Shown here: positions 1 through 13,900 of the stretch, one piece after another
How positions within the stretch are numbered: position 1 is the stretch's first letter
Layout: every line of letters starts with the position of its first letter
Origin: Aplysia californica
Taxonomy: Eukaryota
Length of the DNA stretch: 33,350 nucleotides
Reading direction: 5' to 3'
NCBI RefSeq assembly: GCF_000002075.1
Contig: NW_004797387.1
Span: 59,296-92,645, forward strand
Made by a program: the position numbers and the translations under genes
Notes under the pieces: generated by a model
The model's input: the letters and a program-made list of their open reading frames with translations, nothing else
What the model was told of the DNA's origin: nothing
Databases searched by the model: none

Positions 1-482
1 CAGCACAAAGTCTGCTTCGACTATCAAGGCACCACGGAAATAACAGTTCACAAGAGAGTGACAAACATACAAAAGAAGTAGAGGAGAATGACGATATCAT
101 CATCTTCATTTTTGCCTTCCATGTTACTGAGGGAAATTATGTTGGGATGAGGAAAGAAAAAGCAGCAGTTAGTTCCCCGTATGTTGTTCGGCACAAGGTG
201 ACCATGACATTGATAAATTAGCCCATTTACAATTCTCTGTGGGAATGGCCTAAAGACAACTGGTGGGGAGGGGGTGGGAGGGATGGAGAGTGTTTTACGG
301 CGCTTGCAATTGCGTAAGGTCATATTGTGAGTGCGCGGAACACATTAAACATGTTTCAGTTAGTAGAAAATTTTGAATTTTCGCTCGGGTGGCGTTAGTG
401 GGTTACTGTAGGGCTGCATATTATATACCTGCCACAGATGTCTCTCTGAATGAAATGCTGATATTGTACCCGGGAAAATATA

Positions 483-927
483 TGTGAGGCAGCGTGGTGG
501 AATCAAGCTCTCGTCAAAATATTCAAAGTGAAGAAACTAGCATTTTTCCGAAGGTTTGAGAATTTTTATAATTTTTGTTTTTGTTTTTTGGCTCAACATC
601 GTTCATGCCTAGTAAAAAGAACAACTCATTTCTTTGTGGATTTTTCTGAAAAAGGTTGATTAAAAGCACAGAAAATGTAAAATTTCAGTTACCACGGACT
701 CTAAAAATAAGGAAATAACTAATCTTTGGCAGCTATTTTCTCACCAATTTAACCTCTGAAAACATATGACCCCCACCTCCTTCATTTGCAAATATCTCGA
801 CTTGTATACCAGATAAATGGATATTTTGTCATCCAAATAAAGACATGTGAACAAGCTTTAAGATGATACCAGTAACTCTACATGCCCCAAAATTGACGAG
901 AGCCTGATTCCACCACGTTGCCTCACA
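483..927. mobile_element. MITE family 1 (non-autonomous DNA transposon, ~445 bp, ~35-bp TIRs, TA-flanked)
   Basis: Left TGTGAGGCAGCGTGGTGGAATCAAGCTCTCGTCAA versus right TTGACGAGAGCCTGATTCCACCACGTTGCCTCACA (2 mismatches); TA on both sides; three more copies in the window. Confidence 0.85.
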
Positions 928-1180
928 TATTAAATGTTTCCTCATTGCAAAAAGTCACGTGTATGCTTTTGCATTTATTTATCCGAGTTGATGAAAGGGT
1001 GCTTTTATAAATGTCACAGAGAATATCGTGTTTTTTGTTTGCAAAGAGTAGAACAGATGAACAAATTGTTTTGAAGGGGAGTCTTTACGAGAAACGAAAA
1101 AAGACATTATTCGTCAGCGCAGATGACATCTGTCTGTAGCATTGCGCTTTGCAAGACAGCAGGGGACACTAGTTGTAGTT

Positions 1181-1376
1181 ATTTGTTTGTTTGTTTGTTT
1201 GTTTGTTTGTTTACCGACGTGCTTCCTTTGACAAACGAATCTGTCTCTGTCTCTATTTCCATCCCAGCTTCTGTCTGCCTGCCTGTCTGTCTGTCTGTCT
1301 GCTGTCCGTCCGTGTCTATCTATCTATCTATCTGTCGATCGATCGATCGGATCGATCGGATCAATCGATCGATCGA

Positions 1377-1443
<67 letters not shown>

Positions 1444-1445
1444 CT
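1181..1445. repeat. Compound tetranucleotide microsatellite (TTTG / CTGT / CTAT / CGAT)
   Basis: Seen directly. Confidence 0.95.
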
Positions 1446-1516
1446 CCCTTCTACTATGAGTTGGCTACATGAGAGAATGAGAGAAAAGCCCGTGTGACGT
1501 CTTCATCCAGCCTGAC

Positions 1517-1690
1517 TTTTGTTTTAGTTTTAGTAGAGGTTTTACGCCCTCGCAATTGCATAAGGTCAGAAGAAGATTAGAGGTGTTACAAGAGAATAAC
1601 CAACATTAAAAAGAAGGGGAGATAAGGACGATAGCTGTTTGATAGGAAAGAAGGAGCAAACCTCACCAGAGAACCCGCCAACCACCAACT
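1517..1690 (-). mobile_element. Dispersed repeat A (~180 bp, SINE/retroposon-3'-end-like)
   Basis: Closely matches 32126-32312 (gaagattagaggtgttaca...tttgataggaaagaag.agcaaacc.caccagag.acccgccaaccacc) and the reverse complement of 9803-9975. Confidence 0.75.
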
Positions 1691-1710
1691 GACTCTTGTT
1701 TCTGTTCCAG

Positions 1711-1752
1711 GAGGGAACTGACGACCCAGAAAAAGATTCCGACCGTTCAGAG
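1711..1752 (+). CDS. ZF gene exon 1 in window (EGTDDPEKDSDRSE), phase 0/0
   Basis: cttgtttctgttccag acceptor and GAG|GTAAGT donor; 42 nt open acidic frame in phase with the next exon. It has an acceptor, so the true first exon lies upstream of the window. Confidence 0.65.
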
Positions 1753-1922
1753 GTAAGTGCTTGGTGCATGGTCTCCGTGTGTGCTCACTGTTGGTGGTGA
1801 GCCTCCGACCTCATCATCACCTTCATTTTTGCCTACCGTGTTTCTGAGGGAAATTGTGTTTGCAGAGTCTCATTCTCTCTCTTTCTCTCTCCCTACACTC
1901 TCTTTATCTCTCCCCCACTCCC

Positions 1923-1996
<74 letters not shown>

Positions 1997-4900
1997 ACTC
2001 ATTCTTACACTCTGAACCTTACAAATTTACTNNNNNNNNNNNNNNNNNNNNNNNNNNNNNNNNNNNNNNNNNNNNNNNNNNNNNNNNNNNNNNNNNNNNN
2101 NNNNNNNNNNNNNNNNNNNNNNNNNNNNNNNNNNNNNNNNNNNNNNNNNNNNNNNNNNNNNNNNNNNNNNNNNNNNNNNNNNNNNNNNNNNNNNNNNNNN
2201 NNNNNNNNNNNNNNNNNNNNNNNNNNNNNNNNNNNNNNNNNNNNNNNNNNNNNNNNNNNNNNNNNNNNNNNNNNNNNNNNNNNNNNNNNNNNNNNNNNNN
2301 NNNNNNNNNNNNNNNNNNNNNNNNNNNNNNNNNNNNNNNNNNNNNNNNNNNNNNNNNNNNNNNNNNNNNNNNNNNNNNNNNNNNNNNNNNNNNNNNNNNN
2401 NNNNNNNNNNNNNNNNNNNNNNNNNNNNNNNNNNNNNNNNNNNNNNNNNNNNNNNNNNNNNNNNNNNNNNNNNNNNNNNNNNNNNNNNNNNNNNNNNNNN
2501 NNNNNNNNNNNNNNNNNNNNNNNNNNNNNNNNNNNNNNNNNNNNNNNNNNNNNNNNNNNNNNNNNNNNNNNNNNNNNNNNNNNNNNNNNNNNNNNNNNNN
2601 NNNNNNNNNNNNNNNNNNNNNNNNNNNNNNNNNNNNNNNNNATTTGTTTATTTGATGATGATGATGATGATATTGTTGTTTTTGTTGTTGTTGTTATTAT
2701 TAATATTATCATTATTACTATTGTGAAGGTCATCTTGAGGGCTCCGTTCAGAACTTACTTTACACGTCTATGCATATCCAGGGTCCCAATTTTGTGGGGA
2801 CCTAAATGGGGTAGCCAAAACACCATACAGGAAAGACACTTGTTGTTAGAAGAAGGAACATCAATCAATGAGACTTTTACCATCATTTATATCAGTTATG
2901 ATTTTTCTCATTTTTATTATCGTTATCAGCATTTTTATTTTTATTATTACTGCTACTATAATCTTCAATGTTATCATTAGGCTATGGTGCTCTGTTATTA
3001 CACCACTCACATACTTTATTTTTCCGATCCAGCGGCGTTTTGGGTTCTAGCCCTTCGGTCTGTCGATATGGCAAAGAATTTACTGGTTTTAATCAGATGT
3101 GCTTTGTCGCTGTATAGTATAGAGTATTTACACCACTCACATAATATGACTTAAACTTACTCAGGTTTATTTATGTGTTTTTGTCTGTGTGTACATGTAT
3201 AGGAATAAGTCAAGAGCGGACGGGATCAAGAAGGAGGGAGAGTTGATGATGTCAGTGAAGACGGAGATGGTGGAAGGGGTAGGGCTGAGAGAGGCTTGGG
3301 GGCGGGGGCACTGAGAGAGCTAGGCTGAGAGGGCCTCTGGGAGGACGTGGGAAGCAGAATATGCTTCGGGAGGTTGTTGGGCTCAGAGAGGCGGTAGGAA
3401 GTTGTGGAGAAGATGACTTTGATAGCTTCCTGTGTGGCCGTGTGTGTTGCCAGAGACGATGGATATTCCCCGGATTTTTCGTGAGTTTCGGACAGTGAAA
3501 GAAAAGTTTTGAGTTTGGTTTTTTTCCTCTCCGTTTTTTATTTTATTTTCATTTACGTTCAAGTGCACCGTTCTGTTCCTGCGTTGAAAGCACTCGATGT
3601 TGTTGTGAAGCATGTTGGCCATCTCCGATAATGCAATTCCTGTCCACCGCCCCACCCTCCCGGCCTCTGTCTCTCCCCTCTCGGCATTTGGTGGTGTGCC
3701 CGTGGTGTAAAGGACGGGGAAGCGTCCAACTCTCGGCTAGTCTTCAATGGTACAATGACTCGCAGACAGTCCAAGAATTTCCTGGATGCCGGTAACAACT
3801 TTGCAGTGTTCTCGGTTCGGGCTTCTGGGAAGAAGGCGAACCGAACCTGCGACTATTGCGGCGTGGTCAAGCCCACTCCGGCCGCTCTCATACGTCACAT
3901 CCGCAAACACACCGGGGAGCGACCCTTTTCCTGTCAGGTGGGTTGTGGTGTGGCTCTTGTGTCGCTGTTGTTGGCTGTGGGNNNNNNNNNNNNNNNNNNN
4001 NNNNNNNNNNNNNNNNNNNNNNNNNNNNNNNNNNNNNNNNNNNNNNNNNNNNNNNNNNNNNNNNNNNNNNNNNNNNNNNNNNNNNNNNNNNNNNNNNNNN
4101 NNNNNNNNNNGAGCGGAAGGAAGGAAGTGAGGAGGCGGGAGATGGGTGCTGGGGGAGAGGAAGGGGAGGGATTTAAAAAAAAAAAATTAGGGGGGGGGAT
4201 ACCGATGATGATCCTCATGCGTGGGTGCAGTGCCACTTCGCTGCCACTTTCCCCGGAAGTGCGGCGATCTTTGGTGTTGTACGAAGTGTTCCTGTACAAG
4301 TCTGTGTTTGAAAAAAAAAATTGTGTTACGAAAGGCCGGTGCTCAGAAACTAAGTCTGTAAAACGTATACGACCAAACGTGTCTCTGTTGTGGCGTAAAA
4401 CAAAAAATAATTCTCCACTTAACTCACTGCTGATGTGGGTGATGTTGGTAAGGCTACGCCTTGCCCAGACTTTGTCCAGGCTTTGGGGAATTCAATAAAC
4501 ATCTGCTTTTCCCCATGTGTGGATGTTTCCGTCAATTCTGATGATGTTACTCGGTTACATCTGAATATCACGTGGTTCCTCCTGATTATCACGTGGTTAC
4601 ATATAAAATCCTATGGTCACATAATATGAATGTCGCGTGGTTACATATGAACACCACGTGGTTACATAATTATGAATTCCCCATGATGTGGGCATCCCGA
4701 CGTTACATATGAACGTTACGTGACTACACCTGAATGCCACGTGATTACACCTGTATGTAATAATATAGTTTCACAGAATATACGGAGGACATTGGAAGTC
4801 TTTGGGGGTGAGATGTAACTCGCTTTCCGAAACTTCTGGAACTTGGAGAGTCTCTTGACTATTCCGAGAGTGCGAATTCAAACAACAAGAAAAAGCTGAA

Positions 4901-7900
4901 ACAAAGTTCATTTAATGACTCGGGTGTTCTTGAAATATATTTTTTGTATACTATGTGCTGCTTCGTGTTCGTGTCAATGGTTCAGGGTGTTTGGTCAGTA
5001 AGAGTTTTACGACGCGTGTAACCCAAATAATATAGGTAATAAAGTCCAGAAGATTACAAGTGTTTCTTGAGAGTAAATACCAAGGANNNNNNNNNNNNNN
5101 NNNNNNNNNNNNNNNNNNNNNNNNNNNNNNNNNNNNNNNNNNNNNNNNNNNNNNNNNNNNNNNNNNNNNNNNNNNNNNNNNNNNNNNNNNNNNNNNNNNN
5201 NNNNNNNNNNNNNNNNNNNNNNNNNNNNNNNNNNNNNGAAGGAGCAAAACCACAAGAAATCGCTCGCCAACCACCCACGTTCAGGGTATCTCCTTTTTGT
5301 TGGTGGTACTGGCTGTATTATACCCCTGATGTTCCCATGATTATTATAGTTTTGATGGTTGGTGACAGAACTCCACTGGATAGCTCCTCTTCTTTCTCTC
5401 TTGTTTCTGGCTGTTGTGTCTAACTTTTCCACGCCTTACTGAGTGACCGCGATGGTGACGAGGAGTATCTCTTTTCTCAGATTCAAAGAGACTGATGTTG
5501 TGGTCTGCTCCTTACGCTTCTTTTGAATAGTATTAAAATACTCGTCCTTTCTTCACAAAGTGTGTTGCTGTGATCGTTCAGACCCGTCTTAAAGAACAAT
5601 TTCACTCACTACAGAAACAAGTATTGTCAGTGGCAGAAGCGGCGTGGCATTCATTGGACAATTTGTGCCTGTCAGTCGTGTGGGGAACACAGGTCATATC
5701 ACTGAACTCTTTCCAGCTAAATTAATAATAATAGATAGCATTTGTATAGCGCAAATCCCCGCTCAACAGCAGGCTTTATGCGCTTCACAATCAGACCTGA
5801 GAGCATTCTGAAACAACCTCAACTTCCTGGGAAGCATACAGTGCAAGCGGACATTTATAGGCGATAAAACACTAACATACTGACAAGATCTTTCCCTGTC
5901 TATGGCCGGGTACCCATTCCCACCTGGGTGAAGTGAGGAAAATTCGTATAAAGTGCCTTTCCCAAGGACACCACGTCGAGCCCGCAGCTCGAACCCCCCG
6001 ACCCTCGAACCCCCCGACCCTCGAACCCCCCGACCCCACGATTACAAGTCTGGTAGCGTAACCACTACAAGCTTTACTAGCCAATGTCTTTTATTCTGAA
6101 CAAACCAGTATGTGTTTGTTCTGAACTGGCTGATGTCGTTGTTCTGTCTTTAAATTGAAGGGACAGTTGTCGTTGTTGTGTGTATCCCCCTCATCCCGGG
6201 CTGGCCCTGGCAGGAAGGATCTGAATCCTGCTTCCAAAGTGATCTAAATTATGTTGATGGGGGAGTAAAAGTACTAACATTTTTTTAAAAAATTGCTTTC
6301 TTTTTTCGTATCTTTGGCATGAGGTGACTAGTGTCATTGTTGTGTTATTCACCTTAAATGGCTGATGTCATTGTTGTGCTATTGACCTTTTGATATCATT
6401 GTTGTGTTATGTGAACTTTAGTGGCAGATGTCATTGTTGTGTTATGTTGTGTTATTGACCTGAAGTGACGGATGCCATTGTTGTGTTATTGAACTTTTGA
6501 TGTCATTATTGTTTTATTGACCTTTTGATGTCAGTGTTGTGCTATTGACATGAAGTGATAGATTTCATTGTTGTGTTATTGACTAGAAGTGACAGGTGTC
6601 ATGGTTGGGTCTTTAACCTGAAGTGACCGATGGCAGTGTTTGGTTGGGGGTGTGCTCAGGTATGGGTTTTTCCTTCTTATCAAGCATCTGTCAAGTAGGT
6701 GGTCGGAGGGCATCACTGGTAGGTCCTATTTCTTTACTTTCCTTTTGTTGTTTCTGCCAGTCTTTTGTCTTCCTTTTTACCCATCTCTAAATGACCATTA
6801 TTGTGTCAATGTGCTTCTCTTTACTCAACTCAGCAACAGCATCTATCGTCCTTGTCTGTCTTTTTTCCTTTCTTTGTATGTTACTATATAATAATAGCAA
6901 CACCAGTAATCTTTGGAGTGTTGATACAGGTGTCAAACTTGTACTATTTCGCCATTTCCACTAATCTTCGGCACTCATGTGACCTAATTGTGTTGCAAGT
7001 GCCGGCCGTGACACTCTTACTAGATCTAGAACTAAAACCAAAAAGTTAACACGCGTGTGTTTGTTGGCTCATCACCAGCTGTGCGGCAAGTCGTACAAGG
7101 CCAAGCGCAGCCTCCACCAGCACCACCAGAACACGCACCACAAAGACCTGGGCAAGATGCTGCCCCCAGCGGCGGTCAGCTCACTGCCCACTCAAGTACC
7201 TCTGCACTCAGCCCTGCTTGCTGTGAGTCACACTTTGTTGTACGTTATGTAGGGTGGCTGGTTGGCTGGCTGGCGGTGCTCTGATGTGGTTTGCTGCCCT
7301 TTCTTTCCTGTCAAACGTGATCGATCGATTGTCCTTGTCTCTTCCTCCTCCTTTTTTGTGTTTGTTTCTCTTTAGTAGAGGCTCCAATGGGACTGTCTTT
7401 TCATTTCAGAACTGTCAAATTTTTCAGATAACAGGTACTTTCATTAAGGTCTATTTCTTTCGTGAGATAAATAGAACCTGGGTTTAGAGGTGTGGAATAT
7501 TCTGTTTTAAGATTGGAACATTGTTTGTGATATAAGACATTCATTGAGATGTATTCAACGCTGCTTATGATATACAAAGCATTCTTTGAGATTTGTTTAA
7601 CTTTCTGACAGATCTATGGGACATTGTTTTATTCTCTTATATATTTTAGGGAACATTTTTTAACAGGGATAGAACAGTTATTGGGGTGAATCAAATAGTG
7701 GTAAATATGCCTGTGAAAAAAACATTATTCTGGTCATTTATTTCAATTAAGTTTTGTTTTAAAAATTGTGGGTCAGGAACTACCTGTATGTTTCTGTTCA
7801 CTGTATACCATGTACTGGTAAGAGAGAAAAAAGTATCATCACTTTGATTCACCTGGGTTTTTCTTTCTTCTTTCTTCTCCCCCCTCCCCTCCCGTTCCAA

Positions 7901-10900
7901 CATTCTCACATACACACATGTTCTACTTCTCGCATTATACACTCGTACAAAATTAAACTGAACACCGTCCCCCACCCCCCCACCCCCCAAACGAAACAAC
8001 AACTTTAAAAAATCAACACCCTCCCCCCCAAATAAAAACAACAACAAAAAACCACACCCAACAAACCCTCTAAAACTTGTAGCAACAATCCCCAACCCCT
8101 GCCATATCGGAGGCAACAAAATCTCTACTGAGGGAAACTCTGGAGTCGTCCCGCAAGGCAAAAGACAGCAGCAGCAGTAGCAACACCAGTCAGATCAGCA
8201 GTGCTGACACCCTGCACAGCAGTAGCAGCAGCAACGGTGGCCGACTGAGCGACCGGCTGTCCACGCCCAATTTGGTTAACTTATTAACCTCCGACATCTC
8301 GCACAAAGGTCACGCTGCTGCGGCGTCTGATGGGGCCGTCGCTCTGTTGAAGTAAGTTCTTTTTCCCCCTATGACAGTTTCTCTGTTGTTTTTTTATTTT
8401 GACTTTCCCCTTTGGAATGGAGGTGGGGGGGGGAGTTTTCAAGATTCACTTGGGGGGGGGGGGGGATTGATGATGATGATATTGTTGTTTTTGTTGTTGT
8501 TGTTATTATTAATATTATCATTATTACTATTGTAAAGATCTTGTTGAGGTCTCCGTTCAGAACTTACTTTACACGTCTATGCATATCCAGGGTCCCAATT
8601 TTGTGGGGACCTAAATGGGGTAGCCAAAACACCATACAGGAAAGACACTTGTTGTTAGAAGAAGGAACATCAATCAATGAGACTTTTACCATCATTTATA
8701 TCAGTTATGATTTTTCTCATTTTTATTATCGTTATCAGCATTTTTATTTTTATTATTACTGCTACTATAATCTTCAATGTTATCATTAGGCTATGGTGCT
8801 CTGTTATTACACCACTCACATACTTTATTTTTCCGATCCAGCGGCGTTTTGGGTTCTAGCCCTTCGGTCTGTCGATATGGCAAAGAATTTACTGGTTTTA
8901 ATCAGATGTGCTTTGTCGCTGTATAGTATAGAGTATTTACACCACTCACATAATATGACTTAAACTTACTCAGGTTTATTTATGTGTTTTTGTCTGTGTG
9001 TACATGTATAGGAATAAGTCAAGAGCGGACGGGATCAAGAAGGAGGGAGAGTTGATGATGTCAGTGAAGACGGAGATGGTGGAAGAGGAGCAGGCAGAAG
9101 ATCTTAGTGTGCGCACGACAGCCGCCAAGAACCAGGTGAAAGTCAAGCGGTCACCGTCAGTCACTGCAGATGATAAAAAAGTCCATTGTGAGGTGAGAAC
9201 TTTGGAACTTTGATTAAAGCAGGGAGAGAGGGGGGGGGGGGGGGAGAGAAAGAGGGAGAGAGAGAAAGAGCGAGAGAGAGAGAGAGACCTGGAAGTGAAG
9301 GTGAGAAAAGAGAACAGGGAAAGGGGGAGGGGGGGGGGGTGATGAGAGGGGGAAGAAAGTGAGAGAGACTAAGAATTTGGGAAAAAGGAGAGAGGAAAGT
9401 AAGGGGATGGGGGAGAAGGGGGCTACCAGTAGGTCTTACAACTGCATTTCTTGCTCACTATTGATTCTGCCTTTCCGTCCTTCTTTTTTCCTGCTCTACT
9501 AATGACTGCTAGTGGATGCAAGCTGCCACTGCTGGGGCTTACTTACTGTTAGATTCCTGTGTGGGGAGAATGTTTATGGAGTATCTCAGGTCTTTTGTTG
9601 GGACATTATGTCCCTCTCGTCTTACAGTGGTCCTGTTTCCTAAATTATGTAAATTTTGTCAATTTGAATGAAAACGTCTACATAAACATTTAATAAAAAT
9701 TTTTTTTTGACTTTTGATTTACCTACTGGTTTTTTTGTCTCATGATTAATTCCCTGGCTAGTGTTGAAGTAATATTCAGCAATGCACATCTTTCTCTGTG
9801 CATGGATGGTTGGCAGTATCTTTGATGTGGTTTGCTCCTTTTTTCCTTTCAAATATTTATTGTTCATTCTTTTATGTGTATGTTACTCTCTAATAACACT
9901 TCTAATCTTCGGCTCCTCATATGACCTGTTTGTTTTGCAAGTGCTGTAAAACTCTTACTAACATGAAAACTAAATTCTCTCTGTGCGCCCTGTCTCAGTT
10001 TTGTCACAAGTCATTCAAGCACGATGTGTCTCTGGCCAACCATATCCGCACGGCCCACAACATCATCGTCAACTTCCCTGAGTCACAGCCAGCCCCACAG
10101 CCCCCCAAGCTCAAACAGAACCGGAACACGACCTCATATGCTCGTATAGGTGAGTTGGAATCTACCGTCAGACCTGTTATAGACAGCTACCCATTTCCCC
10201 CCTGTGGGTTGGAGGGTTATATAAATAGGCCCACTGTCCCATAAAAACATTCTTAAATGCACAATATTACACAAATACAGATCATGGGCCTCTACTCTCG
10301 GAACAGGTGGCAGGGTCACTAGGCTCTGACTCTTTTCCTTTGAACAGTCAAAATTGATTCGAAAAGGTTTTTGAGGCTTTTAACACAAATTTCCTTTATC
10401 TTCAGTGAGCAACCCAAATTGTGTCTGAAAGGGTGTAAACTTCAAACCCACATTTTCATTTCCCTCTAAACAAAAGTATCAAAGTTGTGTCAAAAAGGAA
10501 GTAAAACCTCAAGAAGAAATGTATTGTCTAAAATTGAGTCTGAAAGGATTTTAAAAAATCTCAAACACAACTTTTCATTGTCCTCGCTAAGGGACAACCA
10601 ACAATGTGTTATGAAAGATGTGAAACCTCAAACACAACTTTCTATTGTCCTCGCTAAGGGACAACCAACAATGTGTTTTGAAATATGTGAAATCTCAAAC
10701 ACAACTTTTCATTGTCCCCAGAACCGAAGCCAAACGGCAACCCACTGGTGCGACTGTCTGACGTTTTGCCAAACTCCATGTATGCCACGGACGGAGTCAA
10801 CAAGCTAGACCCGGTTGCGGCCGACTTGACCATCAGCTCTCTGCTGGCCCGTAAAGTCATGGAGAGGCCCAACATGATGACCGCCAATGCCGGTGTGGGC

Positions 10901-13900
10901 GTGGCAGAGAGTTCAGCTGGCGCTGGAGGGGGCGGGGCGGTACTCAATGGCAGTGGCGTGGTTAATGGTGGTCTGGGCTCGGTGGAGAATGGGGCGTTGG
11001 ATGAGAGTAACGCTTTGCCGTATCATGTGACCTCCCGCATGGTGCAAGAGTAAGTGGGGCAAGGGTGCTTAAGATTTTTGTGTCTGATGTCGATAGGCTT
11101 CACAATGAACTCATACTGATAACGCTGTTAGATCAGGGTACTTGATTATAGAGAAAGGGATGAAAGGGTGGGGGGCTTACTTAATTAAACTTTTTTTCAA
11201 TGCTGTGGAGGGAACAAACATCCTTGAGTTTACTGAATAAATTGCTTAAATGAGAAATTTTTACTGTAATTTCCAAAGATTTTATAAATGTTTTTCACTC
11301 TTTTTATTGTCTCTTACCGATCAAATTGTGTCCGTATTGCAGTAAAACATGGGCTAATAAATTGTCTGTCATCCACGTTAATGACATAATAAGTTGTATG
11401 TCAACCACATTAATAACATAATGGAGTTAGTAAAGATGTTGAAGCTGGTGGTTAGTTTTGAGGGAGGAGGGGGGGGGGTGTAGGCGTGCTTGTGTGTGTT
11501 CAAACAAATATCAAACTATGTGTCAGAGGTTAATTTCTGTTAATGCTGTTTTCTTTCCAGTCTGAGTCTAGAGGAACTAAGCAGCAGGGAGCCAGAGAAG
11601 CAAGGTGAGTGGGTAGTGGTTTTTTTGTACCAGTTTACAGGGAAGTACAAGGAGATGTAACCAGGACTGTGAAGTTGAAATGTACTATGGCCTTGTCTCT
11701 CTTATAAAATTAACTTTTTATCTTGTCAGTACAAATATTGGTGAATACGTCTCAGCAATGAAGGGGTTAACGTTTTGCCATCACAAGGCTCATATAGTAA
11801 AAACCCCTGCCATTACAAACATTTTAGGGGAAATCCAAAGAAACTGGGTGGTAAACATTTCCGATCGGTGTTTTGTGACGGGAGCGGAAGTTCGGGGTTC
11901 TTGCCGATTGGCAAGATGTGACGACAAAGTGTGAAACTAAGACTTGAAACTTATTTTTTTGTTCCCCCCATCTTTCAGCTGTGCTGGCGGAGGATGGTGG
12001 TCAACGGCGGTCTCGTATCACGGTGCTGAAGGAGACGGTCCTGGTCTCGAGACTGGACGGCATCAACAACGTGACGGGCAGACAGGCCACAGCGTTCCAG
12101 TGAGTGGACAGAGCTCCTTCCCATANNNNNNNNNNNNNNNNNNNNNNNNNNNNNNNNNNNNNNNNNNNNNNNNNNNNNNNNNNNNNNNNNNNNNNNNNNN
12201 NNNNNNNNNNNNNNNNNNNNNNNNNNNNNNNNNNNNNNNNNNNNNNNNNNNNNNNNNNNNNNNNNNNNNNNNACTGTGTATTATTATTTTTGTTATTATT
12301 ATTATTATTATTATATCATTTTGATGCCATTTATTATTCTTATTATCATGATTATCATTTATTACTAGCCTATCATTATTGTTCCGTTTGGACTGTGTGT
12401 TTTTGTTTTTTTTTGGTACTTATATTATGTGTCGTATGTTTCTGAGGCTGATGGGACTACATAAATTTATCAGAGATAGGTCCCTACAGGATGCATGATA
12501 CGTTTTACTGGAGTGAGGAAGGGTGGGAGGGAGATGGGAAATGAGAGGGAGAAGGACATAGGGATGGAGGAAGCAAGACAGAGAGAGGGAGTGGAGATAC
12601 AGGGAGATGGAGGAATATGGACTAGGAGAGAGACTAAGGGAGACAGAAAGAAGAAAGGAGAAGGACACAGAGGGATGGAGAGGGAAAAAGGGAGAGGGAT
12701 AGAGGGAGGAAAAGAGGAAGAGGGTGGAAGGAAGAGAGAGAAAGGGAGGAAACAAGAGATAGAGGGAGAGAGAGAGAGAGAAGAAGGGAGTGAGATAGGG
12801 CAAGAGACAAAGTTGAAGTGGGAAGGAGAAAGAGAGTCGAAGAAATAGATACTTGAACAATTCCATCTTTGCTAACGCTATTTTTTGGGAGGGAGGGAAG
12901 GAGGAAGGAAGGAAGGGAACAAAACAGAGAGACACTGATAGAGGACTGGAACTATACCTTCAGCACTGACACTGTGCCCTCCTCCCCAGATGCCAACTGT
13001 GCAAACGAGCGTTCACCTCCTTGGTTCGATTGTACCACCACCTCCCAAACCACTTTGACAGCGAGGTGAACACCTTCGACTGTCGCTACTGTGAGGCTTC
13101 CTTCAGGTTGCAGACTCAGATCTTAAAACACCTACAGGTAACACTAACACTTTCTCACCAGGGTATATTATATGTGATATATATTTATATATACATATGT
13201 ATTTATTTATGTGTGTGTGTATGTCACATTGTGGTGGAATCAGGGGCTCGTCAATGTTTGGGCATTTTGAGTTAACAATACCATCTGTAAGTTTTTTTCT
13301 TTGTCTTGCTTTCAATAATAAAGAAAATACACATCTTTTTTTAATAGAAGTCGAGGTGTTTCTGATTGAAGAAGGTGGGGGGGTCACCTGATTTCAGAGG
13401 TAAATCTATTGAGAAAATGGTCTCCAAAGTTTTGTAGCATCTGAAGCTTGAGAGTCATTGGGAAATAAAAATTTACAATTTTGTGCCTTTAATCAAAGTT
13501 TTCCAATAAAATCAAGACAGAAATTTGTTATTAGATAGACATGAAAGGTATTCAGCCCAAGTTTGTTTTTTTGAATTACCGATCCGGCGGAAATATGCCG
13601 TTTTCTTCTATTACATTATTTTGACGAGCGAGCGCATGATTTCACCACGATGCCTCACATAATTATATATTAATTATATATATAGAGTCAATATTGCCCA
13701 AGACCGCCACCCCTTGTGGAGGAGAAAAGTGGTTGTCTGAGAAAGGTGGACGTTGTAACCTTTATTTCTTCCATTTTGCTCAACTTCTCTGTATTTGCAT
13801 TGGTCATTGTCAGACAATGATGGACGAACTGTTATTATGATATTTGCAAGGGATTTTTTTTTTAACCTTAAAAAGTCTTCATCTATTGAATTTGCCTTTT

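Noticed and set aside
1123-1497. ORFs of 124 and 93 aa
   Set aside because: Translations of tetranucleotide microsatellite.
1757-2980. 407-aa ORF and other X-containing ORFs, including 29564..30475
   Set aside because: Open only because of N gaps and simple repeats.
3755-3784. MTRRQSKNFL as an N-terminal SNAG or NuRD motif
   Set aside because: Lacks the RRK..P and PRSFL cores, and the ATG is probably internal.
6320-6635. Repeat array as CRISPR, or as a Sox-site (CATTGTT) enhancer
   Set aside because: Eukaryotic context with no unique spacers; ordinary minisatellite, and nothing supports enhancer function beyond a short motif.
12420-12935. ORFs 12420..12935 (-) and 12495..12848 (+)
   Set aside because: Polypurine/polypyrimidine low complexity.
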